From NCBI GenBank assembly GCA_965223665.1, contig OZ245011.1:2848001-2912000 (forward strand): DNA of 64,000 nucleotides. Reading direction: 5' to 3'. Position 1 is the first letter of the stretch; the number at the start of each line of letters is the position of its first letter. A program made the translations under genes and the position numbers. Shown here one piece after another: positions 50,028 through 59,271 of the stretch. This stretch comes from Nitrospinaceae bacterium. Its GTDB lineage: Bacteria; Nitrospinota; Nitrospinia; Nitrospinales; Nitrospinaceae. The notes beneath the pieces are model-generated. The model was not told the DNA's origin. It did not search any database and saw only the letters and a list, made by a program, of their open reading frames with translations.

Positions 50028-51224
50028 ATGAGAAAAGCTGAAGTTGACCACATACTAACCTCTATGCTTGAGGCTTTTGGAAATATTTCCGACCTTAATA
50101 TTACTGTCGGTAAAGCATTTCAAGTAGAAAATTCGGGCCAGTTAAAAGATGTGCCCATGCATCCTCCGATCAAAAGTATTACCCCTTTTCAATCTGAAAT
50201 TATGGCGTTAAATGTCATCGCAAATGATCGGCGATTGACTGATAACTTAATACGTTCCGGATCCTGCGACTGCTCTTATTATATCCAGGGCAAAGCAAGA
50301 TTTCGTGTCAATATTTTTTCTCAAAGAGGAAACTACAGCATTGTAATGCGGAGGTTAGAGACACGGATTCCGTCTATTGAAGAGATGGGTCTTCCTCCAC
50401 AATTTGCAAAAGCAGCTGAAGAAAAAAATGGACTGATTCTTGTAACAGGTGCTACTGGAAGTGGTAAGTCCACAACGCTCGCAACTCTTTTGAATAAAAT
50501 AAATCATGAAAAATCGGTTCATATTATTACATTGGAAGACCCTGTAGAGTTTATGCATCCGCATTTACAATCTACTTTTAACCAAAGAGAGTTAGGTAGC
50601 GATTTTGATAACTTTGCCAGCGGTCTACGGGCCGCATTAAGACAGGCACCCAAAGTAATATTAGTGGGGGAAATGCGCGATAGAGAAACTGTAGAAATTG
50701 GAATGAGTGCCGCAGAAACCGGTCATCTTGTTATGAGTACTCTTCACACAGTTGACGCAGGTCAAACCATTAATCGTATAGTTGGTATGTTTAATCAAGA
50801 AGAAGAACAACAAATTCGTATTCGATTGGCTGATACATTAAGGTGGGTTATCAGTCAAAGGTTAGTTCCAAGATTGGGGGGTGGAAGAATCGCTTTGTTG
50901 GAAATTATGCAAAATAATATGCGCGTTAAAGAAGCAATCATAAATGGCGAAACCGAAGACAAAACCTTCTATGACATTATTAATAATGGAAGCGCTTACG
51001 GAATGTGGACCTTTGATCAAAATATTATTAAGCTTTATAAAGAAAGAAAAATATCTGAAGAAACGGCAATGGCTTATGCAACCAGAAAAGCAATTGTTGG
51101 TAGAGGAATTGATTCAATCAAATCTGACAGAGGTGAAAGCACTACAGATATTGAAGATCTCAGTATGGACGAGGAATATGATCGTGAGGCTGGGTATGGT
51201 AAAACCAAATATAAAAAACGTTAA
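50028..51224 (+). CDS. Second PilT/PilU-family ATPase
   Basis: GATGSGKSTT, LRQAPKVILVGEMRD, GHLVMSTLHT. Confidence 0.92.
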   Translation: MRKAEVDHILTSMLEAFGNISDLNITVGKAFQVENSGQLKDVPMHPPIKSITPFQSEIMALNVIANDRRLTDNLIRSGSCDCSYYIQGKARFRVNIFSQRGNYSIVMRRLETRIPSIEEMGLPPQFAKAAEEKNGLILVTGATGSGKSTTLATLLNKINHEKSVHIITLEDPVEFMHPHLQSTFNQRELGSDFDNFASGLRAALRQAPKVILVGEMRDRETVEIGMSAAETGHLVMSTLHTVDAGQTINRIVGMFNQEEEQQIRIRLADTLRWVISQRLVPRLGGGRIALLEIMQNNMRVKEAIINGETEDKTFYDIINNGSAYGMWTFDQNIIKLYKERKISEETAMAYATRKAIVGRGIDSIKSDRGESTTDIEDLSMDEEYDREAGYGKTKYKKR

Positions 51225-51239
51225 CTACTAAACCTATTT

Positions 51240-51932
51240 TTGGAGTATAGAATGCAGGTTTCATGCAACCATTGCAATCGTAAATTGGATATCCCGGAGG
51301 AAAAGATTCCGTCCGGGCAAGCTTTCAATTTAACGTGCCCAGGTTGTAAAAATAAATTCAGGGTAGACAGTCATCTTGAAAAAACTGAACTTTATAAACC
51401 TGAAGAAGAAGATCGTGTAGATGAATATCAGTCTGTAGACACCACTTTAATGTTTACAGATGCAGAATTTGACAATGACGAAGAAGTTTTTGAAATCTAT
51501 GATGAAAACGATCAGGTAGCCTTAATTTTAGATTCTAAATATGAAGATGCATGGTCCGCTGCTTTATCCGGATTAGAATTTAAACTACAAACCGCTAATT
51601 CACCTGAACATGCTGTACATAAATTAAAATTCAGTAGTTTCAATGTGGTTATTCTCCATGAAAATTATGGAGAAACTACCTTGGAAACAAGCCCTTTATA
51701 CAACTATATTATCAATATGCCCATGTCAAGTCGGAGAAAAATTTTTGTGATTCTAGTGGGAAAAAATTTTAAATCTACCGACAATATGGAGGCTTTTGCC
51801 CATAGCGTCAACTTAGTCGTAAACGAAAGGGATATTGATAAGTTAGATGTAATCTTAAAGAAAAGTATTAATGAAAATAATATTTTTTATAAAATTTATA
51901 GAGATACCCTCCAATCATTAGGAAAATTTTGA
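51240..51932 (+). CDS. Zinc-ribbon (MJ0042-type) protein with degenerate receiver-like domain
   Basis: CNHC...IPEEKIP...CPGC; acidic linker; alpha/beta C-terminal domain. Confidence 0.75.
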   Translation: MEYRMQVSCNHCNRKLDIPEEKIPSGQAFNLTCPGCKNKFRVDSHLEKTELYKPEEEDRVDEYQSVDTTLMFTDAEFDNDEEVFEIYDENDQVALILDSKYEDAWSAALSGLEFKLQTANSPEHAVHKLKFSSFNVVILHENYGETTLETSPLYNYIINMPMSSRRKIFVILVGKNFKSTDNMEAFAHSVNLVVNERDIDKLDVILKKSINENNIFYKIYRDTLQSLGKF

Positions 51933-51933
51933 T

Positions 51934-52353
51934 ATGAATTTCAGCGAAACTCCGACCATACAGCGTTATTCAGACGGTGATGTAATTGTTTCCGAAGGCA
52001 TCATTAGTAACAATGCTTACATTATTATTGAAGGAAAAGTCAACGTCACTAAGAAAGTGGATAAGAAAAATGTCTTAATTAATACATTAGGTCCGGGAGA
52101 AATATTCGGGGAAATGGGCCTGATTTCCCAAACCGTGCGTAGTGCTAGTGTGTTAGCAGTAGGCAATGTCACTATAGGTGTCATCGAAAAAGATCACTTT
52201 GATCAAGCTGTATCCCAACTTCCGGATGATTTAAAACTAATCATGAAAGCCCTTGTTGATCGGTTGCGGTTTACCAGTGAGCAATTGTCACGCATAGGAC
52301 TTGAACTAGAAAAAACAAGGAATGTGATTTCTTCCTTTTCAGTACAACAGTAA
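51934..52353 (+). CDS. Stand-alone cyclic nucleotide-binding domain protein
   Basis: AYIIIEGKV...GEIFGEMGL...RSASV; no HTH. Confidence 0.9.
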   Translation: MNFSETPTIQRYSDGDVIVSEGIISNNAYIIIEGKVNVTKKVDKKNVLINTLGPGEIFGEMGLISQTVRSASVLAVGNVTIGVIEKDHFDQAVSQLPDDLKLIMKALVDRLRFTSEQLSRIGLELEKTRNVISSFSVQQ

Positions 52354-52368
52354 TTTTCAAGAGGAAAA

Positions 52369-53565
52369 ATGCCAGTTTTCAAATATAAGACCACGGTACG
52401 GGGCAAAACTCAATCTGGAGAAGTAGAGGCAGAAAACGAAAAGGGCGCCATAGCAAAACTGCGCCAAAAAAATATTCGGGTTGATCGGGTAAAGAAAAAA
52501 TCACAAAGTGAATTTTTTGGCCCCAGAAAACAAAAAATAACAGATAAAGACATTGTGGTGTTTACTCGCCAATTTTCAACAATGGTAGATGCTGGCCTAC
52601 CACTAGTTCAATGTTTAGATATATTGGGAAAACAGGCGGATAATAAAACTTTCGGTGGAATTATTTTAAATGTAAAAGGTAACATTGAAGTGGGTGGAAA
52701 TCTTTCCGATTCATTGAGAAAGCATCCCAAAGTGTTCGATACCTTATACTGCAATTTAGTCGAAGCGGGTGAAGCAGGTGGAATTTTAGATACAATTCTG
52801 GCCCGACTTGCAAATTACATTGAAAAATCCGTAGCTTTGAAGAAAAAAGTTAAATCGGCTATGGTTTATCCAGCAGCGGTAATTACAGTTGCATTTGCCG
52901 TTGTTACATTTTTAATGATCTTTGTAATTCCAACTTTTGCAACAATGTTTGAGGGTAGTGGCCAGGAACTTCCTGGGCCTACTGCACTTGTTATGGCTGT
53001 AAGCCATTTTTTTCAGAATCAGTGGTACATAATTCTGGGAACACCTGTAGTTCTATTTTTTCTTTTCAAAAAAGTATACGCTACCGAACGCGGTAACATT
53101 GAGATCGATAGATTTGCACTTAAGCTTCCTGTATTCGGGATTTTAATTCGCAAAGTTTCTGTGGCTAAATTTACCCGAACCTTAGGAACATTGATTGCAA
53201 GTGGTGTGCCTCTTCTCGAAGCTATGGATATTTGCGCAAGAACCGCTGGAAATAAAATTGTAGAATTTGCAATTCTTCAAACCATAGAATCTGTAAAAGA
53301 AGGTGAAACCATTGCTGCCCCGTTAGCTCGCGCCGGCGTTTTCCCACCCATGGTAATTCAAATGATCGACGTCGGTGAATCTTCTGGTTCTTTGGATTCT
53401 ATGCTTTCTAAAATCGCTGATTTTTATGATGAAGAAGTAGATAACGCTGTACAGGCCTTAACCTCACTATTAGAACCTATGCTTATGGTGTTTCTAGGTG
53501 TTGTTGTTGGATTCATTGTCGTGGCGATGTATCTACCAATCTTTAAAATGGGTGATACTGTTTAG
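52369..53565 (+). CDS. pilC: Type IV pilus platform protein PilC
   Basis: FTRQFSTMVDAGLPL, AGEAGGILD, KSAMVYP, LLEP, AMYLPIF. Confidence 0.95.
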   Translation: MPVFKYKTTVRGKTQSGEVEAENEKGAIAKLRQKNIRVDRVKKKSQSEFFGPRKQKITDKDIVVFTRQFSTMVDAGLPLVQCLDILGKQADNKTFGGIILNVKGNIEVGGNLSDSLRKHPKVFDTLYCNLVEAGEAGGILDTILARLANYIEKSVALKKKVKSAMVYPAAVITVAFAVVTFLMIFVIPTFATMFEGSGQELPGPTALVMAVSHFFQNQWYIILGTPVVLFFLFKKVYATERGNIEIDRFALKLPVFGILIRKVSVAKFTRTLGTLIASGVPLLEAMDICARTAGNKIVEFAILQTIESVKEGETIAAPLARAGVFPPMVIQMIDVGESSGSLDSMLSKIADFYDEEVDNAVQALTSLLEPMLMVFLGVVVGFIVVAMYLPIFKMGDTV

Positions 53566-53621
53566 TCGATCCACTCATTTAAATTTATTAATAACTCTTT
53601 CTACCTTCACCATCATCCGAT

Positions 53622-55379
53622 ATGGCTGGTCTTTGGGAAACTCCAGAAAAGGAGCAGCTTCTTAGAATAAAAACGATCATGGTTCTCAGGATCGTTTTTT
53701 TAACGGGATTTATTGCTCTAGCAATCCTATTTCAAATTGGAACAGAAAAAGAAACCCCCATTGGGCCTATTAGTTTAGTTCTAGGAATTGCTTACGTTTT
53801 ATCAATTTCCTATGCTCTCCTTTTAAAAATAGAGGTACGTCTTAACCGATTAGCTTGGCTTCAGGTTATAGGAGATACCTGTGTCATCGGAGGAATGATT
53901 TATTCTACCGGTGGCATTGAAAGTCCCCTTTCTTTTTTATTTCTTTTTGTAGTTATCTCAACCAGTGTAATGCTTCCCAAGGGGGCTTCGTATTTTGCCG
54001 CTTCTGGAGTAAGTATAGTTTATGGATTAATTGTAGATCTAGAATATTTTAAAATAATAGAACCTATATATTTCTTTCCAAAATCGAAAATATCATATTT
54101 TGGAGCTTATGGTTTTTACATTATTGCTCTTAATGTAACTTCATATTTTGCTGTTGCCTTTTTAAGTAGTTTCCTTGCCCACCGGTTATGGTTAATAAAG
54201 AATGAACTTCAAAATAAAAGTAAAGATCTAAAAAAGCTGCAATTGTTTCATAAAAATGTAGTTCAAAATATGGTCAGTGGGTTAATGACAACTGACTTAG
54301 TTGGCCGAGTTACTTCTGTAAATGCCGCCTGCGAATCGATTTCAGGGTTCTCTCTAAATGATTGTTTGGGACGATTTTGTTATGACCTTATTCCTATGAA
54401 ATCTCTGATTTCTTATTTTAAGAATCCAGACCCCACCCCTCCCCCATTACATCTTGAAGGCGAATGTATCAGAAAAGATGGAGAAAATATTTTAGTCTCG
54501 CTAAAAATAAGCTATCTCATCCACGTGGAAGACGAACCAACCGGACCAAAAGATCCCATTGACGGATACATATTTGTTATTGATGATCTAACAGAAATTA
54601 GAAAGATGGAAGAAAAAATGATGCAATCTGAACAATTGGCGGCGGTTGGAAAGTTTTCAGCAGGGTTGGCTCATGAAATCAGAAATCCGCTAGCTTCACT
54701 TAGTGGATCTATTCAGGTTTTAAAAAATGGGCTGAGTTTGGAGGGAGATTATCAACATCTTATGAATATTGTAATTAAAGAAACTGAACGATTAAATGGT
54801 ATTGTTTCAGATTTCCTGAATTATTCACAACCAAAAAAAACAAAGAACACCGTTATTGATTTAACTCAATTGTTAGAGGATGTCATTCTTCTATTAAAAA
54901 ATAGCAATGAATACGATCCTGCGATTGAAATAGATTTTGTTGCCCCTTCTGACCATGTCATTATTCAAAGTGAAGAGTCCCAAATAAAGCAAATGATATG
55001 GAACTTGTGTATCAATGGCATTCAAGCGATGACAAAGGTAGGCAGGTTGAAATTGGAAATTCAAACTGTGGTGGGTTACAAGCATAAAAGCTTTGAAACT
55101 TCACGAAAAGGGGTGCTAATTATGGTAATAGACCAAGGCAAAGGAATTCCTCCGGAAAAAATCGAAAAAATATTTGATCCTTTTTTTACAACCCGGGAAG
55201 AAGGAGTAGGATTAGGGTTACCCACCGTCCAAAAAATTGTTAAACGATTCGGAGGAAATATTGGAATCGAAAGTGAAGTCAATAAAGGAACTCGGTTCGA
55301 AGTATTTCTCCCTCAAGAAAGAGCTCTTCTTAGTGATCGGCAAAACAATTCTCAAGATTCTGCTCTTCAGCAACCTTGA
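53622..55379 (+). CDS. pilS: PilS-like sensor histidine kinase
   Basis: About six TMs with TGGIESP; PAS domain; AHEIRNPL; N, G1, F and G2 boxes; follows pilC. Confidence 0.85.
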   Translation: MAGLWETPEKEQLLRIKTIMVLRIVFLTGFIALAILFQIGTEKETPIGPISLVLGIAYVLSISYALLLKIEVRLNRLAWLQVIGDTCVIGGMIYSTGGIESPLSFLFLFVVISTSVMLPKGASYFAASGVSIVYGLIVDLEYFKIIEPIYFFPKSKISYFGAYGFYIIALNVTSYFAVAFLSSFLAHRLWLIKNELQNKSKDLKKLQLFHKNVVQNMVSGLMTTDLVGRVTSVNAACESISGFSLNDCLGRFCYDLIPMKSLISYFKNPDPTPPPLHLEGECIRKDGENILVSLKISYLIHVEDEPTGPKDPIDGYIFVIDDLTEIRKMEEKMMQSEQLAAVGKFSAGLAHEIRNPLASLSGSIQVLKNGLSLEGDYQHLMNIVIKETERLNGIVSDFLNYSQPKKTKNTVIDLTQLLEDVILLLKNSNEYDPAIEIDFVAPSDHVIIQSEESQIKQMIWNLCINGIQAMTKVGRLKLEIQTVVGYKHKSFETSRKGVLIMVIDQGKGIPPEKIEKIFDPFFTTREEGVGLGLPTVQKIVKRFGGNIGIESEVNKGTRFEVFLPQERALLSDRQNNSQDSALQQP

Positions 55380-55472
55380 AATTATTGTATATTTCAAATA
55401 TTCAAACCAAATTTAATGTTATACTTTCCTCCCGGTTCAACAAATTTTCTAAATTATTCAAACTATTTGTTT

Positions 55473-56294
55473 ATGAAACTACTTTTGTATTTGGGAATCG
55501 GCATTTTCTTTTTTGCCTGTTCCCATAGACCTACTCCCGACACTTCTCTTGAAAATATGGTTCAAATTCCCTCGGGTAAATTTCTAATGGGTGCCAAAAT
55601 TGAGAATGATCGTCATTGGGGAGATACTGACGAAGAACCCATACATGAGGTTTTTTTGGATACCTATTTAATAGATCGATATGAAGTAACCTCAAAAGAT
55701 TTTTCCGATTTTTTAAATCATCACAAAACAGATAGCAATAAATATATTGAATTGGGAAATGCCGTTACTATTGAAAAAGCCAACGGGGCTTTTCGTTCTC
55801 GTAAAGGATTGGAAAATTATCCTGCAAATCGTATTTCCTGGTTTGGTGCCAATACCTATTGTGAGTGGAAAGGAAAACGGCTTCCTACAGAAGCAGAATG
55901 GGAAAAGGCGGCAAAAGGTATTGAACAACAATATTTTCCTTGGGGAAATGAATTTCCCAATAACGAATGGGTTACATTTAGGAGAAAATTTTCTGAGTAT
56001 GGTTTTCAAGCAATGGAGCCTGTCAACTCAATGGAAAAAGGAAAATCTCCTTATGGTATTTATCATATGGCAGGTAATGTTTGGGAATGGGTTTCTGATT
56101 GGTATGCAGCCGATTATTATGATGAATCCCCCAAAAAAAATCCTCAGGGTCCTTCCTCAGGAATATCTAAAGTTCTTCGTGGGGGAAATTGGTACTTTAA
56201 AGCCTATTATATGAGAACAACCTACCGGTTTAATGAAAGACCGGATGTCTTTAAAGTATGGCAAGGGTTTAGGTGTGCGAAATCTTTGAAGTAA
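55473..56294 (+). CDS. Formylglycine-generating-enzyme (SUMF1) family lipoprotein
   Basis: Lipobox FFAC; RLPTEAEWEKAA, MAGNVWEW, RGG, GFRCA; start moved to MKLLLY. Confidence 0.9.
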   Translation: MKLLLYLGIGIFFFACSHRPTPDTSLENMVQIPSGKFLMGAKIENDRHWGDTDEEPIHEVFLDTYLIDRYEVTSKDFSDFLNHHKTDSNKYIELGNAVTIEKANGAFRSRKGLENYPANRISWFGANTYCEWKGKRLPTEAEWEKAAKGIEQQYFPWGNEFPNNEWVTFRRKFSEYGFQAMEPVNSMEKGKSPYGIYHMAGNVWEWVSDWYAADYYDESPKKNPQGPSSGISKVLRGGNWYFKAYYMRTTYRFNERPDVFKVWQGFRCAKSLK

Positions 56295-57203
56295 TTATTT
56301 AAAAACTTTCTTTAATATCCATGGAACATTGACCTTTTTTTGACAATGCTTAAAAATAGCTGCGGTCAAGGGCATCAAGGTACAATGATCAATTAATATT
56401 CCTGCTTCACTAGAGTTAATTATTTCTAAAGGATTATCCCTTTTCCAAGTGGTGAAAGCCCAGTTGAACCACTGTTTACTTACAGCCATAGATTTTAAAG
56501 TCGGTAGTCTTTCCCCATGCATGTCAGTCTCATAAACAATATTTTCTTTTTGTCTCACCATGGTTTCATTTAATCGTTCTTCTGAGTTTTCACCAGATTG
56601 ACTGTAGGTTTTGGAATGTGGGTAAGAAAGATCTTGTCCCAAAAATATTATGGGAGAGCATCCCATTTCGAAAGCAAGGTGATAAGCCACTGAGAGCACA
56701 CTTCCACCTGGGGTCAAGGCCCCTACTTGCTGAAATTTATTTTGAATTTCAGATAAAATTGGAATATCCGGAGCATGCTGGTTATAAAAAACTATTTTAC
56801 TCTTCCAAACTTTTAACACTTGGGGGTGTACAATTGTTGGAGCAACTAATGTCATTCCTTGATGTGAAATACCGGTTATAAATTTTGTAATTTCCTCCTG
56901 GGGATCTAAACACACCACTAAAGATGGAAAAATATCCTGCTCAAGTAATGATTTTAAGGCTGCATCACAGGCAATGATTACAGCTTTATCTTTTACTTGC
57001 TTTAATAAGTAAATATTTTTATCTAAGGAGGGTCCAGCTCCAACCACAATAGCCGGGAGATCTAAAAATTTTTTTGCCAGAACTACAACACCAGGATTTC
57101 GTTTTATTTCTGGTAAATTAGTCAGGAAATTGTTTTTCCAAATTTCTGAGAAACGATTTATGGTTGCAGATTTTACCTCATTGATTTGTTTAATATTTTC
57201 CAT
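56295..57203 (-). CDS. DUF115 / motility-associated factor (Maf)-like protein
   Basis: AIVVGAGPSLDKN, GGSV and IIFLGQDLSY; downstream of flgE. Confidence 0.85.
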   Translation of the reverse strand: MENIKQINEVKSATINRFSEIWKNNFLTNLPEIKRNPGVVVLAKKFLDLPAIVVGAGPSLDKNIYLLKQVKDKAVIIACDAALKSLLEQDIFPSLVVCLDPQEEITKFITGISHQGMTLVAPTIVHPQVLKVWKSKIVFYNQHAPDIPILSEIQNKFQQVGALTPGGSVLSVAYHLAFEMGCSPIIFLGQDLSYPHSKTYSQSGENSEERLNETMVRQKENIVYETDMHGERLPTLKSMAVSKQWFNWAFTTWKRDNPLEIINSSEAGILIDHCTLMPLTAAIFKHCQKKVNVPWILKKVFK

Positions 57204-57248
57204 TTATATAATTTAACAAAACTGAGGGAAAACTGACAATGGCAAAAT

Positions 57249-57282
57249 AAAAAAGCCCAGGAAAAAACCTGGGCTTATTTTT
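57249..57282. terminator. Rho-independent terminator after flgE
   Basis: AAGCCCAGG/CCTGGGCTT stem with A and T runs on both sides. Confidence 0.8.
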
Positions 57283-57289
57283 ATAAATC

Positions 57290-58552
57290 TTATCGAGTTA
57301 AGTTTACGGTTTCCGTGAGCAAACTATCTGTTGTAGTGATTACACGGGCGGAAGCTTGGAAGGCTTGTTGAGTTTGAATTAAAGTAACAAACTCAGCAGC
57401 AAGGTCAACGTTAGATAATTCTAAAGTACTTCCTAATACTGAACCAAATGAACCTGTTTCAGGAAGTGAAATCACGGGTTGTCCAGAGGACCCCGATTCG
57501 GCAAAATGGTTTTGTCCTCGTCTGATAAGGCCTGTGGGTGCCAAAAAGTCTGCTAATGCAATTTTAAATAAATCCTGGGATTGTCCATTATTAAATAATC
57601 CACTAACAGTTCCATCAAAATCAACTGACAATCCAACTAAAATTCCTGTAGAAAATCCATCTTGAACTACCGAACTATTATTGGAAGGTGTAGAAAAAGC
57701 CGTAACCTTTCCATTACTCCCAACGCCGGTTGGATCCAATACGTTCCAAATCATAGTTTGAGTAGCAGCAGGTGGAGCAGCTCCAGAAAAATCAAGAACA
57801 ATATTAGGATTTACCACTCCCCCGGTTCCATTCACATCTTGTAATTGACCACTGGTATCAAAACTTAAGGTTCCTGATGCTCCGCTGGTCACAACTCCCT
57901 GACCTGGTGGTACAGTAATATCATAAGTCCATTCATTCGCGGTGGGGGAAGATACAGGAGTTTTAGTAAATTGAATATTCATGATGACCTGGGATCCAAC
58001 GGTATTGAATAACGAAATTGGAGAGTTAAAAGTAAAGCCAGCAGAAGCAGCACCATCTAAATTGGCTCCAAGTGTGAAGTTTGTGGTTGCTTGAGGAGAA
58101 GATTGTACACCGGCTAAATCCATATCTTCCAGGGTAGAACCAACCACATTGTTTGTAATTCGAAAACCTTGAAGAATTTCTCCACTAATTGTTTGAACTA
58201 AGCCGCTATCATTTATACGAAATTGTCCTGAGCGAGTGTAAAAGTTTCCGATTCCATCATTTACGATGAAAAATCCAGAACCATCAATTGCCATGTCTAA
58301 TTCCGAAGTTGTAGTTTCAAAGGATCCTTGCGAAAACGATTGTAAGGAACCCAGCAACTGAGTACCGCGTCCTACTTGGGTCGAAGTAGAACCATTGGAT
58401 AGCATAGTACTGAACAAATCTCCAAAGACCGCTTTACTTCCTTTAAAACCAAATGTATTTACATTCGAAATATTGTCACCGATTATGTTCATGGCTTGAG
58501 AATTCGTTCTCAACCCAGCGACCCCGGTGAACATTGAACCTAATAGTGACAT
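57290..58552 (-). CDS. flgE: Flagellar hook protein FlgE
   Basis: GDNISNVNTFGFK, YTRSGQF, LELSNVDLA.EF..LI..Q.AFQA. Confidence 0.96.
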   Translation of the reverse strand: MSLLGSMFTGVAGLRTNSQAMNIIGDNISNVNTFGFKGSKAVFGDLFSTMLSNGSTSTQVGRGTQLLGSLQSFSQGSFETTTSELDMAIDGSGFFIVNDGIGNFYTRSGQFRINDSGLVQTISGEILQGFRITNNVVGSTLEDMDLAGVQSSPQATTNFTLGANLDGAASAGFTFNSPISLFNTVGSQVIMNIQFTKTPVSSPTANEWTYDITVPPGQGVVTSGASGTLSFDTSGQLQDVNGTGGVVNPNIVLDFSGAAPPAATQTMIWNVLDPTGVGSNGKVTAFSTPSNNSSVVQDGFSTGILVGLSVDFDGTVSGLFNNGQSQDLFKIALADFLAPTGLIRRGQNHFAESGSSGQPVISLPETGSFGSVLGSTLELSNVDLAAEFVTLIQTQQAFQASARVITTTDSLLTETVNLTR

Positions 58553-58570
58553 AATTACACTCCCTTGTAC

Positions 58571-59242
58571 TTAAGATTGAATAGATATTCTTGAGATTTC
58601 TTCCGCAGGTATTTTTTCACCGTTCACAATGGCAAATGCATTGTTATTCTCAAATAAAACATCGGTTACTTTTCCTGTGGTAAAGGTTTCTGAAGATATT
58701 TGGTTTCCAGACTCATCCGTGGCCCGGACATGAAAACTATATAAACCTGAACTTAAGGGTTTTCCATTAGAATCCAGACCTGTAAAGGGTACTAAGTTGG
58801 ATCCCTCAGAATTTGATCCTTCAAAGGTTTTTACCAACCCACCGCTTGCATTAAAAATATCAATGAAAACGTTCTCTGCATTTTGTCCCAATTGATAATT
58901 TAAATTCATGGGTTGCCCTGAAATATAATTAAAACTTTTTCCTTTAATGTCTACTTGTTTACCAATAAGATCAATCATCGAAGAATTGGTCATAGCTTTT
59001 TGTGCCGTAATCATTTCTTGCAAAGTGGTATTTACATTTGTGATTTGTTCCAAGGTACTGAATTGAGCTAATTGAGCACCAAAATCCTGACTTTCTAAAG
59101 GATTAAGTGGATCTTGAGAAGAAAGCTGTGTAACCAACAACTTTAAAAAATCATCTTTTCCTAAAGATTGCGATCCAGTAGTAGTTTTTTCAACAGCTTT
59201 TGTACTGACTTGATCTCTAATTCCATCCAATCCTGTATTCAT
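58571..59242 (-). CDS. flgD: Flagellar hook capping protein FlgD
   Basis: [22 protein letters not shown]...[11 protein letters not shown]. Confidence 0.96.
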   Translation of the reverse strand: MNTGLDGIRDQVSTKAVEKTTTGSQSLGKDDFLKLLVTQLSSQDPLNPLESQDFGAQLAQFSTLEQITNVNTTLQEMITAQKAMTNSSMIDLIGKQVDIKGKSFNYISGQPMNLNYQLGQNAENVFIDIFNASGGLVKTFEGSNSEGSNLVPFTGLDSNGKPLSSGLYSFHVRATDESGNQISSETFTTGKVTDVLFENNNAFAIVNGEKIPAEEISRISIQS

Positions 59243-59271
59243 AATTCCTCTCTAAAGGTATAACTAAAGTT

